17,378 bases of DNA from Candidatus Rifleibacteriota bacterium (GTDB taxonomy: Bacteria; Muiribacteriota; Ozemobacteria; Ozemobacterales; Ozemobacteraceae): positions 1 through 17,378 of the forward strand of contig JBNJGH010000072.1 of the NCBI GenBank assembly GCA_051747585.1. The letters are read 5' to 3'. A program made the position numbers and the translations under genes. Shown piece by piece: positions 8,108 to 17,261 of the stretch. The notes under the pieces are model-generated. The model was not told where the DNA came from, ran no database searches, and worked only from the letters and a program-made list of their open reading frames with translations. The first letter of the stretch is position 1. Every line of letters begins with the position of its first letter.

Positions 8108-9922
8108 TTATTCCTCGCTTAAGGTCAGGGTTGTATCAACCCTGCCGGTAACAACCAGATTTGTCGGCTGAATTTCAATATCTCTGCCATTCAGCTTAAT
8201 TTTTCTCATTTCATCACCTTCGAGCGTGAGGTGAAAAAGAAGATCAGAATTTTTCGGCGAATTTGCCCAGCTTCTTACAGCAGAATCAAAGTCAAGCGAC
8301 ACAGGTTCACCGGGTATTATTTCCTTTCGAGTTTCTGAATTCTCCGTAAACATATTGGTATCGTCTATTTTCATATTGAGTCCGTATACAGAAAGCGTAA
8401 GGCTTTCTCTACCCAGTTCCTGCGGAATAGGCAACTTCACCCTGCGAATAAAGCTTTTTTCTCTGAATGGTTTTAAGGTGATTTCTACATCGAGAACACC
8501 GCCACTGGAAATAGAAGAATTCTTGATTTCTACTTTTTCTATTGAAACTGTCTTGCGTTTTTTCTCAATCTCTATATTCAAAATAAGCCTGGTAGGCAAC
8601 ACAGCCTCTATTTCGCTATCAATAACCATGTCAGTAAGATTTGTAAGCTCACTTACCAAGGTTTGAACTATATCAGACTTTGAATAAAACATATTTTCGC
8701 GACGAAAATTATACTGCTCACCATCTTTATTGGCACAATCAAGAGATATGCCCATAACAGCGGTGCCACCGCCGGCTCTGTCAATTACGCCTTCAAGAGC
8801 CTGAAAAAGAGTGGTCTCGAGCGTCATTTTAAAAACAGAAGGATCTCTGACAATCTGATAATTAATACTTTTACTGATTCCCAGATCTTTTTCGAACACA
8901 TCCAATTGTACCGGAACCATTTTGGGCATGCGCCCGATTTCTCCGGCCAGCCCTTTTTCTCTATCCTGAGTAATAATCCCCAGCATTTCTGTCGGAGCGC
9001 CAATTTTAAAAGGCATTTGCACACTGGCAAAAGAATGATGAATATGGGCTCCAGTCATCAGATAATTTACATTCCCTTTTTTCAGAAAGGAATGGGCCAG
9101 CATGAGAATTCTGTTTTTATTTCGGTAAGTTAGAGTGCCAAGAGTAGAAAGATTAATATCTCCCCTTGCCAGCTGAATACCTATAGGCGAACCAGGTTCA
9201 TATGCGCCGGAGGCCGGAGGTGGAATATCTTCTTCTTTCTCCTCGGTAATGTAATGTCCGGGATAATTCTGTACCAACTTCATCTTACGCTTTTCGGCCT
9301 TCTTCTTAAAATAGTTGAAAGCACGACCATCAATACCCTCAACAAAAACTTCTGCAGCTGCTCTTTTAAAAAGCAGGGTTTGGGGTTCAGTTTTAACATT
9401 TTCGGAAACAGAGTTAACTTCAATAATTTTATTTATTATCCGGTTGTTCAATTTAACCGGTTTTTTCAACACCCATTCGACCTCATCCGTATCACCGGGT
9501 TTACAGACAAGATCAGGATAATCAAGAATTTTGAGCATTTCTTCGATAGGAGTTACCAGACCAACAGTATGATCTGTCATTACCCATCCCGAGCTGATTC
9601 CACCAACAAGTTTGCCGTCAATGTAAACCGGGCTGCCACTCATGCCTGCAGCTATTCCCCCGGCTTTTTCAATTGCTTCGCCACTAACCTTCACCAGGAC
9701 TGAGTTACCATTTATAAGCATATTTTCATTAACCTTGTTATTGGTAAGCAATCCCAGAACCTCTACATCAAAAGGCTCTATTTGACGACCGCGAACAACA
9801 GTCTTTCCCATGCCTTTCATCCCGAGCTTGACTTCATGAAGAGGCATAATCTCATCAACGGCCCCAAGAAAGCCGGCTTGCAAAACCAGTATAATTGTTA
9901 AAATCCGTTTAAATAAATTCAT
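8108..9922 (-). CDS. Exported SpoIVB-like peptidase (S55 domain) protein
   Basis: Signal peptide; GKTVVRG...FDVEVLG; GGIAAGMSGSPVYIDGKLVGG; LGTLTY...LAHSF; ITQDR. Confidence 0.85.
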   Translation of the reverse strand: MNLFKRILTIILVLQAGFLGAVDEIMPLHEVKLGMKGMGKTVVRGRQIEPFDVEVLGLLTNNKVNENMLINGNSVLVKVSGEAIEKAGGIAAGMSGSPVYIDGKLVGGISSGWVMTDHTVGLVTPIEEMLKILDYPDLVCKPGDTDEVEWVLKKPVKLNNRIINKIIEVNSVSENVKTEPQTLLFKRAAAEVFVEGIDGRAFNYFKKKAEKRKMKLVQNYPGHYITEEKEEDIPPPASGAYEPGSPIGIQLARGDINLSTLGTLTYRNKNRILMLAHSFLKKGNVNYLMTGAHIHHSFASVQMPFKIGAPTEMLGIITQDREKGLAGEIGRMPKMVPVQLDVFEKDLGISKSINYQIVRDPSVFKMTLETTLFQALEGVIDRAGGGTAVMGISLDCANKDGEQYNFRRENMFYSKSDIVQTLVSELTNLTDMVIDSEIEAVLPTRLILNIEIEKKRKTVSIEKVEIKNSSISSGGVLDVEITLKPFREKSFIRRVKLPIPQELGRESLTLSVYGLNMKIDDTNMFTENSETRKEIIPGEPVSLDFDSAVRSWANSPKNSDLLFHLTLEGDEMRKIKLNGRDIEIQPTNLVVTGRVDTTLTLSEE

Positions 9923-9923
9923 G

Positions 9924-11501
9924 TCAACTTTCTGTTATAAGGATTCCGTTAGAAATCCTTCTTTCACAACCATCTGAAGGTCTGTTTTTAATCTTGCCCT
10001 TAATTATCATAGAAGAGGATCCTCCACCATCTAGATTTATTGCATGTCTTGCGCCTAGTCTGCGCAGATAAATTGCAAGTTCCTTTAAATTCATTCCCAC
10101 ACTGTTTTTAGAACGTCCGTCGACCACAACAAATATCAGGTCCCCGTCAAAAGTCAGAGCAACAGCAGTTCGAGGGTGTCTGCCATGAATAATTGAATGA
10201 CTGAACTTTTCTTCTTTTCCGTTAATGTCAATCTTTCCATCTGAGACAAGTCGGGGACCGCCACAAACCCCATGTTTAATCAGATTCCAGGGTTTATCAA
10301 TTGTATAGTCAAGCTTGATAGTATCACCAAGACTAAGTTTCTTCAATCGTTCGGCTTTAGGCCCGGCTGCAGAAACCACAACCCCATCAGGCGGTATTAG
10401 CGAGTCTTTTTTGTTAACCCCTACAATTTTATCTCTTACGATCACAAACTCTACTCCGTCAATTGTTGTAAGAGTACTTCGCGCATATTCAGGAGTATAT
10501 ATAACGATTCCGTCTCTTTGTCTTGGCTGATTTACTGCGTTTATTTTCAAAGATATACCACCAGCCTTGAGTCTGCCCGAAAAATCAGGATTGCCAAAAA
10601 CATGGGTCTCGTTACTGGTTATGCCAAAGACGGAACGACTGTATAATGGAGAGCTGATAAGACGACGATTAATAATCAAGGTTCCTATTGGATCGCCACG
10701 GGAGGTAAAATACGCTCCGTTAATTGCAGCAATAGCATTGTATCTTTCGGTCATCGAAGAAAGTCTCTCTTTTTGAGCTATTCCTTCATTGGCCAGCACT
10801 GGGAAAACCTTGATTGAATCAGCAAAAGGCTCTATGCGTAAAATATGAACGTCGGAAAAACTTTTTTTGATTGGAACTCGATCTCTATAATAAGTTACTC
10901 CATCTGCAATTCTCTGCCCCCCAGGAACCATGAATTCCCTTCTTTCAGATTGAAAAGGGATGGTCAGCCTGAAAATATTTTCACTACTGCTGCTTGCAAT
11001 ATACGGATCACCAATACGGCCGCCGGCAGCAAAAAGAAGCTCAGTATATTTATTGGTTTGATAAATAGAAAATTTCTCGAATTCAGACTCAATCCTTTTA
11101 CGTTCAGAGTCACTGAATGACTTAATTCCAGGAATCAGGCGCAATCGAAGCAGCTTACCACCCTGGTTTTTTCGGTAAATCTTAACCTGCTTATTCAATT
11201 GTATTTCTGCCACCGAAAAGACTTCCTCTGCACGCATGTTAACAGCTTTAACTTCTGCTTTTTCTTCGGGCAAATCTTTCTGCGGCTTTTCTGAATTAGC
11301 GTTTTCTTTTTCGAATTGAGGTTCAGGCATCTGATCTTCAGTAAGATTATCAAGAACAACGTCTTCTTCGGTAAACCCCGGAGCTTTCATTTCAAGATCC
11401 AGAACCATTTCTTGCTTGTCTTCAATATCAGAGTAGCTGACTTCGTCGGATTTAATAATAGCTCCGACAAGAAATATCTGCCCGATAATCAGCAGAATCA
11501 T
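9924..11501 (-). CDS. Exported phosphodiester glycosidase (NAGPA/DUF2233-like) family protein
   Basis: AAINGAYF, GGPRLV, HPRTAVA, VVVDGR, AINLDGGGSS, NRPSDG-x-ER; hydrophobic N-terminus followed by an acidic low-complexity linker. Confidence 0.88.
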   Translation of the reverse strand: MILLIIGQIFLVGAIIKSDEVSYSDIEDKQEMVLDLEMKAPGFTEEDVVLDNLTEDQMPEPQFEKENANSEKPQKDLPEEKAEVKAVNMRAEEVFSVAEIQLNKQVKIYRKNQGGKLLRLRLIPGIKSFSDSERKRIESEFEKFSIYQTNKYTELLFAAGGRIGDPYIASSSSENIFRLTIPFQSERREFMVPGGQRIADGVTYYRDRVPIKKSFSDVHILRIEPFADSIKVFPVLANEGIAQKERLSSMTERYNAIAAINGAYFTSRGDPIGTLIINRRLISSPLYSRSVFGITSNETHVFGNPDFSGRLKAGGISLKINAVNQPRQRDGIVIYTPEYARSTLTTIDGVEFVIVRDKIVGVNKKDSLIPPDGVVVSAAGPKAERLKKLSLGDTIKLDYTIDKPWNLIKHGVCGGPRLVSDGKIDINGKEEKFSHSIIHGRHPRTAVALTFDGDLIFVVVDGRSKNSVGMNLKELAIYLRRLGARHAINLDGGGSSSMIIKGKIKNRPSDGCERRISNGILITES

Positions 11502-11597
11502 AAATTGTTTCAGTGTTGATTTAATGGCTGCTTCCTTATAAAAAACAATTATCCGGTAATTCTATCGGCACTTCGGGGCCTAAAGCTTTAGAAAATA

Positions 11598-11741
11598 CGT
11601 CAAATCTTTGACAGATTTTTTTCAGCGTCAATATTCTGACAAAAAGTAACAACCCCGGCTATTAAATCACACTGTCTTCTTAGCAGAGATTTTTTATAGA
11701 TTGATAAAGTTTTTATGCGTCAAAATACTGACGCATAAAAA
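11598..11741. promoter_or_regulatory. Three GTCA-N6-TGAC palindromes, candidate enhancer (UAS) sites for a sigma54 activator
   Basis: cGTCAaatcttTGACa (11598-11613), cGTCAatattcTGACa (11626-11641), and tttttatgcGTCAaaatacTGACgcataaaaa (11710-11741, 13-bp perfect arms). Confidence 0.7.
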
Positions 11742-11808
11742 ATAAAAAGAACTGTTTTAACTCGGATATACTTTCAATAAGGGGCAAAACAAACACTTTC
11801 TTAAAATC

Positions 11809-11824
11809 TGGCACATCCCTTGCT
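11809..11824 (+). promoter_or_regulatory. Sigma54 (-24/-12) promoter
   Basis: TGGCAC-atccc-TTGCT has exact consensus spacing and lies upstream of an AGGAGG RBS and ATG 11862. Confidence 0.9.
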
Positions 11825-11861
11825 TTTACTATTTACAACTAAGATTTTTCAGGAGGAAATC

Positions 11862-12431
11862 ATGAAAAAAAATTTAATTCTATTACTGGCCATTATTATT
11901 TTCAGCGGCGCTTCCGTGCTGCAAGCACAATCTGAAAACAAATTTCAGCGACAAAATGAAGGAAAAGAATTTAATCTAACTAAAGTGCTGAAACGTATGG
12001 AACAAAAGAAACAAGAAGTTCTTACAAAAATAAGGAACAGATTCGAAAAGCTTAACAACAGATTGAGCAAGCTTTCTAAAAGAGTTAACAATGCATCAGA
12101 AAGAATTGCTAAATTTCGGAATGAAAACTCAGATAATGAAACCAGAGCAAAAGGAGAAGAAAAACTCAGCGAGAGAAAAGCAAAAGCAACCCAGCGATAT
12201 AATCAATTCAAAGAAAATATAACCAAACGCAAAGCACAGCTGCAGGAACAATTCAGCAAACGAAAAGAAAAGTTGATGAAACGTTTTCACCAGCTTGATG
12301 ACAGCGACAAAAACAAAGTTCTCGCTGCTTTCGACGGTATCAAGACTGAAATAAAACAGGAAGTGGAAAAACTATCGGCTGAAGCGCTTAAGAAAATTGA
12401 AACAACCTACCAGAAAATCATGGCCCTGTAA
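11862..12431 (+). CDS. Secreted, highly charged alpha-helical/coiled-coil protein of unknown function
   Basis: AGGAGG RBS then MKKNLILLLAIIIFSGASVLQA (signal peptide). The mature part is K/E/Q/R-rich with no Cys, Pro or Trp. The track's TTG 11820 lies inside the -12 box, so it is not the start. Confidence 0.85.
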   Translation: MKKNLILLLAIIIFSGASVLQAQSENKFQRQNEGKEFNLTKVLKRMEQKKQEVLTKIRNRFEKLNNRLSKLSKRVNNASERIAKFRNENSDNETRAKGEEKLSERKAKATQRYNQFKENITKRKAQLQEQFSKRKEKLMKRFHQLDDSDKNKVLAAFDGIKTEIKQEVEKLSAEALKKIETTYQKIMAL

Positions 12432-12442
12432 TAGATTTTTGC

Positions 12443-13837
12443 TCAAAGCCCCAGACGCTTCATTCTATAAATAAGCTGGGTTCGCGGAATTTTAAGTTCT
12501 TCTGCAGCCCGGCTTTTTACATTGTTATTGTTTTGCAAAGCCCGAATGATAAGATTTTTTTCGAGAGCCTCTAACCTGGCGATAAGCCCTGAGCCTTCTA
12601 AAGCAGCAAGTTCTCCTGCATTTTCCTCACTTTTTTCGTCCAAATAATTTTCTTCCGCAAGATTAAAATGTGCCGCATCTAAAACATTGTCTTCAGCCAT
12701 TACAGCAGCTCGCTCAAGACTATTTCGCAACTCTCTTATGTTTCCAGGCCAGTATAACTGCTTCAGTCTTGCCAGGCATTTTCTATCAAGCTTTAGATCA
12801 ACTTTCTGCAGATCGGCAGAGATTCTTTTTAACAAATGACTGCAAATTTCTCCAATATCTTCGATCCTCTCGCGAAGAGGTGGAACCGGTATTTTTACTA
12901 CCGACAGGCGATAAAACAAATCTTCACGAAAGAGTTGTTCTTCAACCATTTTATTCAGATTACGATTTGTAGCCGCAACAATTCTTACATTAACAGCGCG
13001 AGGCCTGGTTGTACCAATTCTGGTAATCTCCTTTTCCTGCAGAACTCTTAAAAGTTTGGCCTGTAATTCAATTGGTATTTCTCCGATTTCATCGAGAAAA
13101 ACCGTTCCTCCATCTGCGGCTTCAAAACAACCGGGTTTGGCTTTATCTGCACCGGTAAAGGCACCTTTTTCATAACCGAATAATTCAGACTCAAAAAGAG
13201 TTGAAGGAATAGATGCGCAATTTACCTTTACAAAAGGCTGTTCGCATCGACTGGAAAGACGATGCACCGCTCTTGCTACCAATTCTTTGCCTACTCCGGT
13301 TTCACCAGTTATCAATACCGTCGAAGGGTAAGGAGCTACTTTAATTATAAGTTGTTTAACCTCCTTATTTTGCCAGCTACTTCCAGCAATCTGATCGAGC
13401 TCTCCGCTCATCCCCATCTCATCTAACAATTTATGCTGCTGCTCTTTAAGGCTCTGGTTTTTAATTTCAATATCGCGAAAATTATTGATTCGATCAATAC
13501 GAAAAGCAAACTCTTCCATTGAAACAGGTTTGGTTAAATAATCTACCGCCCCAAGCTTCATTGCTTTTACTGCGGTTTCAACCGAACCAAAAGCGGTCAT
13601 TAAAATTACTTCAGGAGCAGGAACTAAATTATTATTACGTGCTTTTGCCGCAATCTCCAGCCCTTGCCCATCAGGAAGCTTGAGATCGGTAATTACAAGG
13701 TCAAAATTCTGTTCATCCAGAATCCGACAGCCGGCTGCAACGGTTCCGGCGGTAAAGCACTCATGTTTCTGCTGTTCCAGAAATATTTTCAAGCCCCTGA
13801 CCAGCGACGCATTATCATCTACAAGCAAAATTTTCAT
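12443..13837 (-). CDS. NtrC/AtoC/ZraR-family sigma54-dependent response regulator
   Basis: Receiver domain (LVDD, ITDLKLP, MTAFG, KP); AAA+ domain (GETGVGKE, ESELFGYEKGAFTGA, FLDEIGE, FREDLFYRL, WPGNIRELRN); Fis-type HTH. Confidence 0.96.
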   Translation of the reverse strand: MKILLVDDNASLVRGLKIFLEQQKHECFTAGTVAAGCRILDEQNFDLVITDLKLPDGQGLEIAAKARNNNLVPAPEVILMTAFGSVETAVKAMKLGAVDYLTKPVSMEEFAFRIDRINNFRDIEIKNQSLKEQQHKLLDEMGMSGELDQIAGSSWQNKEVKQLIIKVAPYPSTVLITGETGVGKELVARAVHRLSSRCEQPFVKVNCASIPSTLFESELFGYEKGAFTGADKAKPGCFEAADGGTVFLDEIGEIPIELQAKLLRVLQEKEITRIGTTRPRAVNVRIVAATNRNLNKMVEEQLFREDLFYRLSVVKIPVPPLRERIEDIGEICSHLLKRISADLQKVDLKLDRKCLARLKQLYWPGNIRELRNSLERAAVMAEDNVLDAAHFNLAEENYLDEKSEENAGELAALEGSGLIARLEALEKNLIIRALQNNNNVKSRAAEELKIPRTQLIYRMKRLGL

Positions 13838-15345
13838 GCAAACAAAACCTCTATATAAAAAACAACTTTATTACTTTCGTTTTTACAATATATTTCTCCG
13901 TTATTGGCTTCGACAAGTTTGCGCACCAGAGCAAGGCCAATACCATTTCCACCTTTTCTGGATGTAACGAACGGAGTAAAAAGCCGAGTTACAAGCTCTT
14001 CTACAATTGGTGGCCCGTCATTTTCTATTGTCAATAACCAGCTGGAGTTTGTTTTTTCAGCCGAAAAGACAATCTTAATTTTTCGATCAGCCCCACTCAA
14101 GGCAGCATTCTCAATAATATTGTCATAAACCTGCTGAAGCATGGTTTTATCAAAGGTTATCCAGAAATCTTCTCTAATGGCAAAATTGCACTCAAGATTA
14201 TTATAAATCTGTTGTTTACTTTTGGCGACCTGCTCGACAAAAGATCTTAACCGAATCTTTTCTTTCACCGGTTCAACTTTACGTGAATAATTGAGAAAGG
14301 TTTCAATAAGTGTGCGCAGGTGTGCAAGTTGTTCGGAAATTTCTCTTATTGGGTTTTCAAACTTCGAGATCTCAGCACCCATCTGCTGCTTTAACAAGCT
14401 GAAATGTACCTCAATCGCAGAGAGTGGATTTCGAATTTCATGGGCTATAGTGCCGCCGGTAAAATCAAGTTCATCAAGCTTTCTGGTAAAAACTCTTCTT
14501 AAATGTGCATCTTTAGTTTTTAATTCAGCAGCCAGTTTTATCAAGCACTCATGCAGGCGATTAAATTCATCTATATGCAATTCTTTTTTTTGAGGAATCT
14601 CAAAATTTTCAACCTTATCAAGCTCGCCAAGTAAAAATTTAAACTTCTTTGCAAGATTACCCGCCAGGATAAGCGAGATTACCAGACTTAAAAACAGGCT
14701 GACCAGAAGAAGTCGAGCCAGATAAACCCTCATCTGCTCCTGTAGTTTCAGATATTTCATATCTGCTTCAATTACAACAACAGAATCAAGCATTTTTAAC
14801 TGATCAAGCAACGGATAAATAACTATTTTAAATCTTCGCGCTGCATCTTCACTGAAAGGGTCAGGCATTACGACCTCACCCTCTTCAAGCTCATTGATAT
14901 AAGAAAAAACCATATCTTCTGCCTGATCTGCTGTAGGCGGCTTCAAGCTCGCCCTCTGAGGGGTCTCGCTGGTAAATGAAGCTATAAATAAAGGTTTCTC
15001 TCTGGTAACATCAAGCCAATATAGATTTTGAATCCATCCTGCAGATTTTTCGTATTTCCAGAAACTTTCAATCAGATTTATTTTAGAATCAATTTCATAA
15101 TTCTCAATTCGACCCAAGTCTTCGGCTATAGTTTTTGCAAGCCTCTCAAGCCTGCTTTCGGCTTCCGAATTTAGAGAAACAAAGAACTGATGATAAAACC
15201 AGCCCCAGGCGGAGCCAAGGATAAGCAAACAAATCAGAAAGACAGCCAGGAAAATTCTTGAAAAAATACTGGCCGGAACAAATTTTTCCAGAAAAGAGGT
15301 ACTCGATTTATTCATGCCCTTCAATATAACAAAAGTTTTAAGCAA
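13834..15345 (-). CDS. Membrane sensor histidine kinase
   Basis: Two TM segments around a periplasmic domain; H-box IAHEIRNPL; NIIENA, NDGPPI, LFTPFVT, GNGIGL; 4-bp overlap with the regulator. Start uncertain (TTG 15345 or ATG 15315). Confidence 0.93.
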   Translation of the reverse strand: MLKTFVILKGMNKSSTSFLEKFVPASIFSRIFLAVFLICLLILGSAWGWFYHQFFVSLNSEAESRLERLAKTIAEDLGRIENYEIDSKINLIESFWKYEKSAGWIQNLYWLDVTREKPLFIASFTSETPQRASLKPPTADQAEDMVFSYINELEEGEVVMPDPFSEDAARRFKIVIYPLLDQLKMLDSVVVIEADMKYLKLQEQMRVYLARLLLVSLFLSLVISLILAGNLAKKFKFLLGELDKVENFEIPQKKELHIDEFNRLHECLIKLAAELKTKDAHLRRVFTRKLDELDFTGGTIAHEIRNPLSAIEVHFSLLKQQMGAEISKFENPIREISEQLAHLRTLIETFLNYSRKVEPVKEKIRLRSFVEQVAKSKQQIYNNLECNFAIREDFWITFDKTMLQQVYDNIIENAALSGADRKIKIVFSAEKTNSSWLLTIENDGPPIVEELVTRLFTPFVTSRKGGNGIGLALVRKLVEANNGEIYCKNESNKVVFYIEVLFA

Positions 15346-15367
15346 ATATGATGCAAAAAATTATTTG

Positions 15368-17101
15368 TTATAAAGTTGCATCAACCTCGCGCCAACTCAT
15401 AATTTCTTTTTGGATTGAAAGCTCATAAAGCTTGGTATAGTCGATCTTTTTATCGACAGTGTAATCATAGCTCGATCTTGATAAGACTTCCTGCCAGTTA
15501 TAATAGGTAATTCTAATATCATTAGGCATTTCACGACGATCAAAATAATCCACAGAAAGGTTTCCGACAACATCCATATTACACAGCTTTTTCATCGAAG
15601 AATCTGTTTTCAGTTCGAGCCCACCCTCTGCATGGAAAGCACCTTCGAGCCTTGGGCTTAAATTTCTGAACGGATGTGTTACACCGAACCTTGACCAGTC
15701 AGAATCATGATGAGGTTGGTAAATTATTTTTCCCGTTTTGGGATTTTCGTGGGAAGTATCCCAGTCTTCTCTGAGAGCTATAATGCCGGCACATGATTCA
15801 AGTCCTGAATCATCCTGGAGGCTCAAAACATCGCCGCCAACATAGACATTACCTTCTACGACAAGCAGCCCCTTGCCCTTGACCCAGCCTTCGAGAAACA
15901 CATCGCCCTTAATATAGGTTAATCCATTGATTTCGACTGCTCTACTGGTATCGTGAGCCTTGGTCGGGTTACCAAAATAGCGACTGTATTTATTGGGAAC
16001 CTTTCGCCAGTCTCCCCATCCATAAAGAGGAACAACATCTTTATAAGTAACTTTATTGCGACCGAAAGCTTCTTCAAAAGTCACATTGGTAAAGTATTTA
16101 CCTTGAGAAGGAGTTTCGTCTGGGTCTACAACCCGGTTTGCAAGTCTTTTGTAAACATCTTTGCTGTAAAGATTTATTTTTTTATTGTCATATTCTTCGA
16201 CTTTACGAGTACGGGAATGGTAGGGTTCGGCAACCTTTTTCCACCAGGGCCATCTAAATACCCCCTGCCATTTATGATACTGTCGTCTAACAGGGTCATC
16301 AGTGTATTCAAGATCCGTCTGGCTAAAATCGCCACCGCCATTCCAGCCGGTCCAGCCCATGCCCATATCAAGCCAGGGATGATCAAGTTCATTGCGCATA
16401 CGCGTAATCATAAGCCATTTAGGCAGATCAACTTTTGGACCATCTTTCATATAAGTTTTACCGCCTACGACGAAAAACCCCCAGGGATCCCAGAAGTCAA
16501 ATTTTTCAATGTTAAAAGAGTCAGGCTTGGCTTCATTAAAATAAAGACCGTGTTCGGGGGCAATCATGCCTACGGCATTGGCATTAAAAGGACCTTTAAT
16601 AAGCATTGCTTTAAGTGTTTTTTCAACTTCTATCTGCTTGCTCGCGCGGTGAAAATTTCCCTGAGAGTTAATGGTCAATGTTCCCTGGCGAGCTATCTCC
16701 CTGGGAACACCTTCTTCAACCAGATCCTGCATAGCTCTGTGATCAAGTTTCCAGCTTACCCTTGCTTTAACAGAACCATCTTCGACAATAGGCTCGACTT
16801 TATCTGTCCCTTCGGCAAGCCTGGACAAATCAATATCCACACTGCCTTCATCCTGTTTGGTAATTAAATCATAAAATGGATTCTCGGGATTGTTCATCTG
16901 GCCTTTAATTGTGAACAGAGACTCTTCGACACCCGCCTCAGCCAGCAACAGAGCCACTGTGTTATCAATGTAACCTTCGGAATGATACACCTCGCCCCGC
17001 ATGAAATAGATCATACCAAATGCTATAATGCTTATTACAAGTACGGTGCAGATCGTGAAGAATAAAGCCACACCGGACTTTTTATTTTTTGTCGCGTACA
17101 T
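15368..17101 (-). CDS. Large PilX-like minor pilin / pseudopilin
   Basis: AAGGAG RBS; basic leader KNKKSG followed by VAL and a hydrophobic helix lacking Glu5; ALLLAEAGVEE motif; beta-repeat segment GLTYIKGDVFLEG...GLLVVEGNVYVGGDV; C-terminal SWRE. Confidence 0.7.
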   Translation of the reverse strand: MYATKNKKSGVALFFTICTVLVISIIAFGMIYFMRGEVYHSEGYIDNTVALLLAEAGVEESLFTIKGQMNNPENPFYDLITKQDEGSVDIDLSRLAEGTDKVEPIVEDGSVKARVSWKLDHRAMQDLVEEGVPREIARQGTLTINSQGNFHRASKQIEVEKTLKAMLIKGPFNANAVGMIAPEHGLYFNEAKPDSFNIEKFDFWDPWGFFVVGGKTYMKDGPKVDLPKWLMITRMRNELDHPWLDMGMGWTGWNGGGDFSQTDLEYTDDPVRRQYHKWQGVFRWPWWKKVAEPYHSRTRKVEEYDNKKINLYSKDVYKRLANRVVDPDETPSQGKYFTNVTFEEAFGRNKVTYKDVVPLYGWGDWRKVPNKYSRYFGNPTKAHDTSRAVEINGLTYIKGDVFLEGWVKGKGLLVVEGNVYVGGDVLSLQDDSGLESCAGIIALREDWDTSHENPKTGKIIYQPHHDSDWSRFGVTHPFRNLSPRLEGAFHAEGGLELKTDSSMKKLCNMDVVGNLSVDYFDRREMPNDIRITYYNWQEVLSRSSYDYTVDKKIDYTKLYELSIQKEIMSWREVDATL

Positions 17102-17261
17102 AATTTGGCTCCTTTCGAGCTTTGAACCGTACTATTAATAATAACAATCTGATGCACTACTGGCAAGGATATAGATAGAATTCTCGGTCAGCGACTATTA
17201 ACTCGTTTCAGAAAAGAATTTGCCTCACACCACCTCAAAGCCGCAAAGAAAATAACCACAG

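Noticed and set aside
11694..11706. IHF-like site (TATCAA-N4-TAA, minus strand)
   Set aside because: It mismatches the TTR element, and such matches are frequent in AT-rich DNA.
11710..11741. 13-bp inverted repeat with T/A tails read as a bidirectional terminator
   Set aside because: It lies between divergent genes where no transcript ends and shares the GTCA-N6-TGAC core with two nearby sites, so a binding site is more likely.
710..16392. Remaining 60-150 aa ORFs of the track nested in or antisense to long genes
   Set aside because: They overlap well-supported CDSs and show no motifs or convincing RBS.
15953..16867. 304-aa plus-strand ORF antisense to the pilin gene
   Set aside because: It is codon-aligned to the real gene, a common source of shadow ORFs, and has no recognisable motifs.
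17185..17230. GGCAAA...GAAA on the minus strand resembling a c-di-GMP-I riboswitch upstream of the pilin gene
   Set aside because: It lacks the following GACGCAAAGC segment and a supportable second stem.
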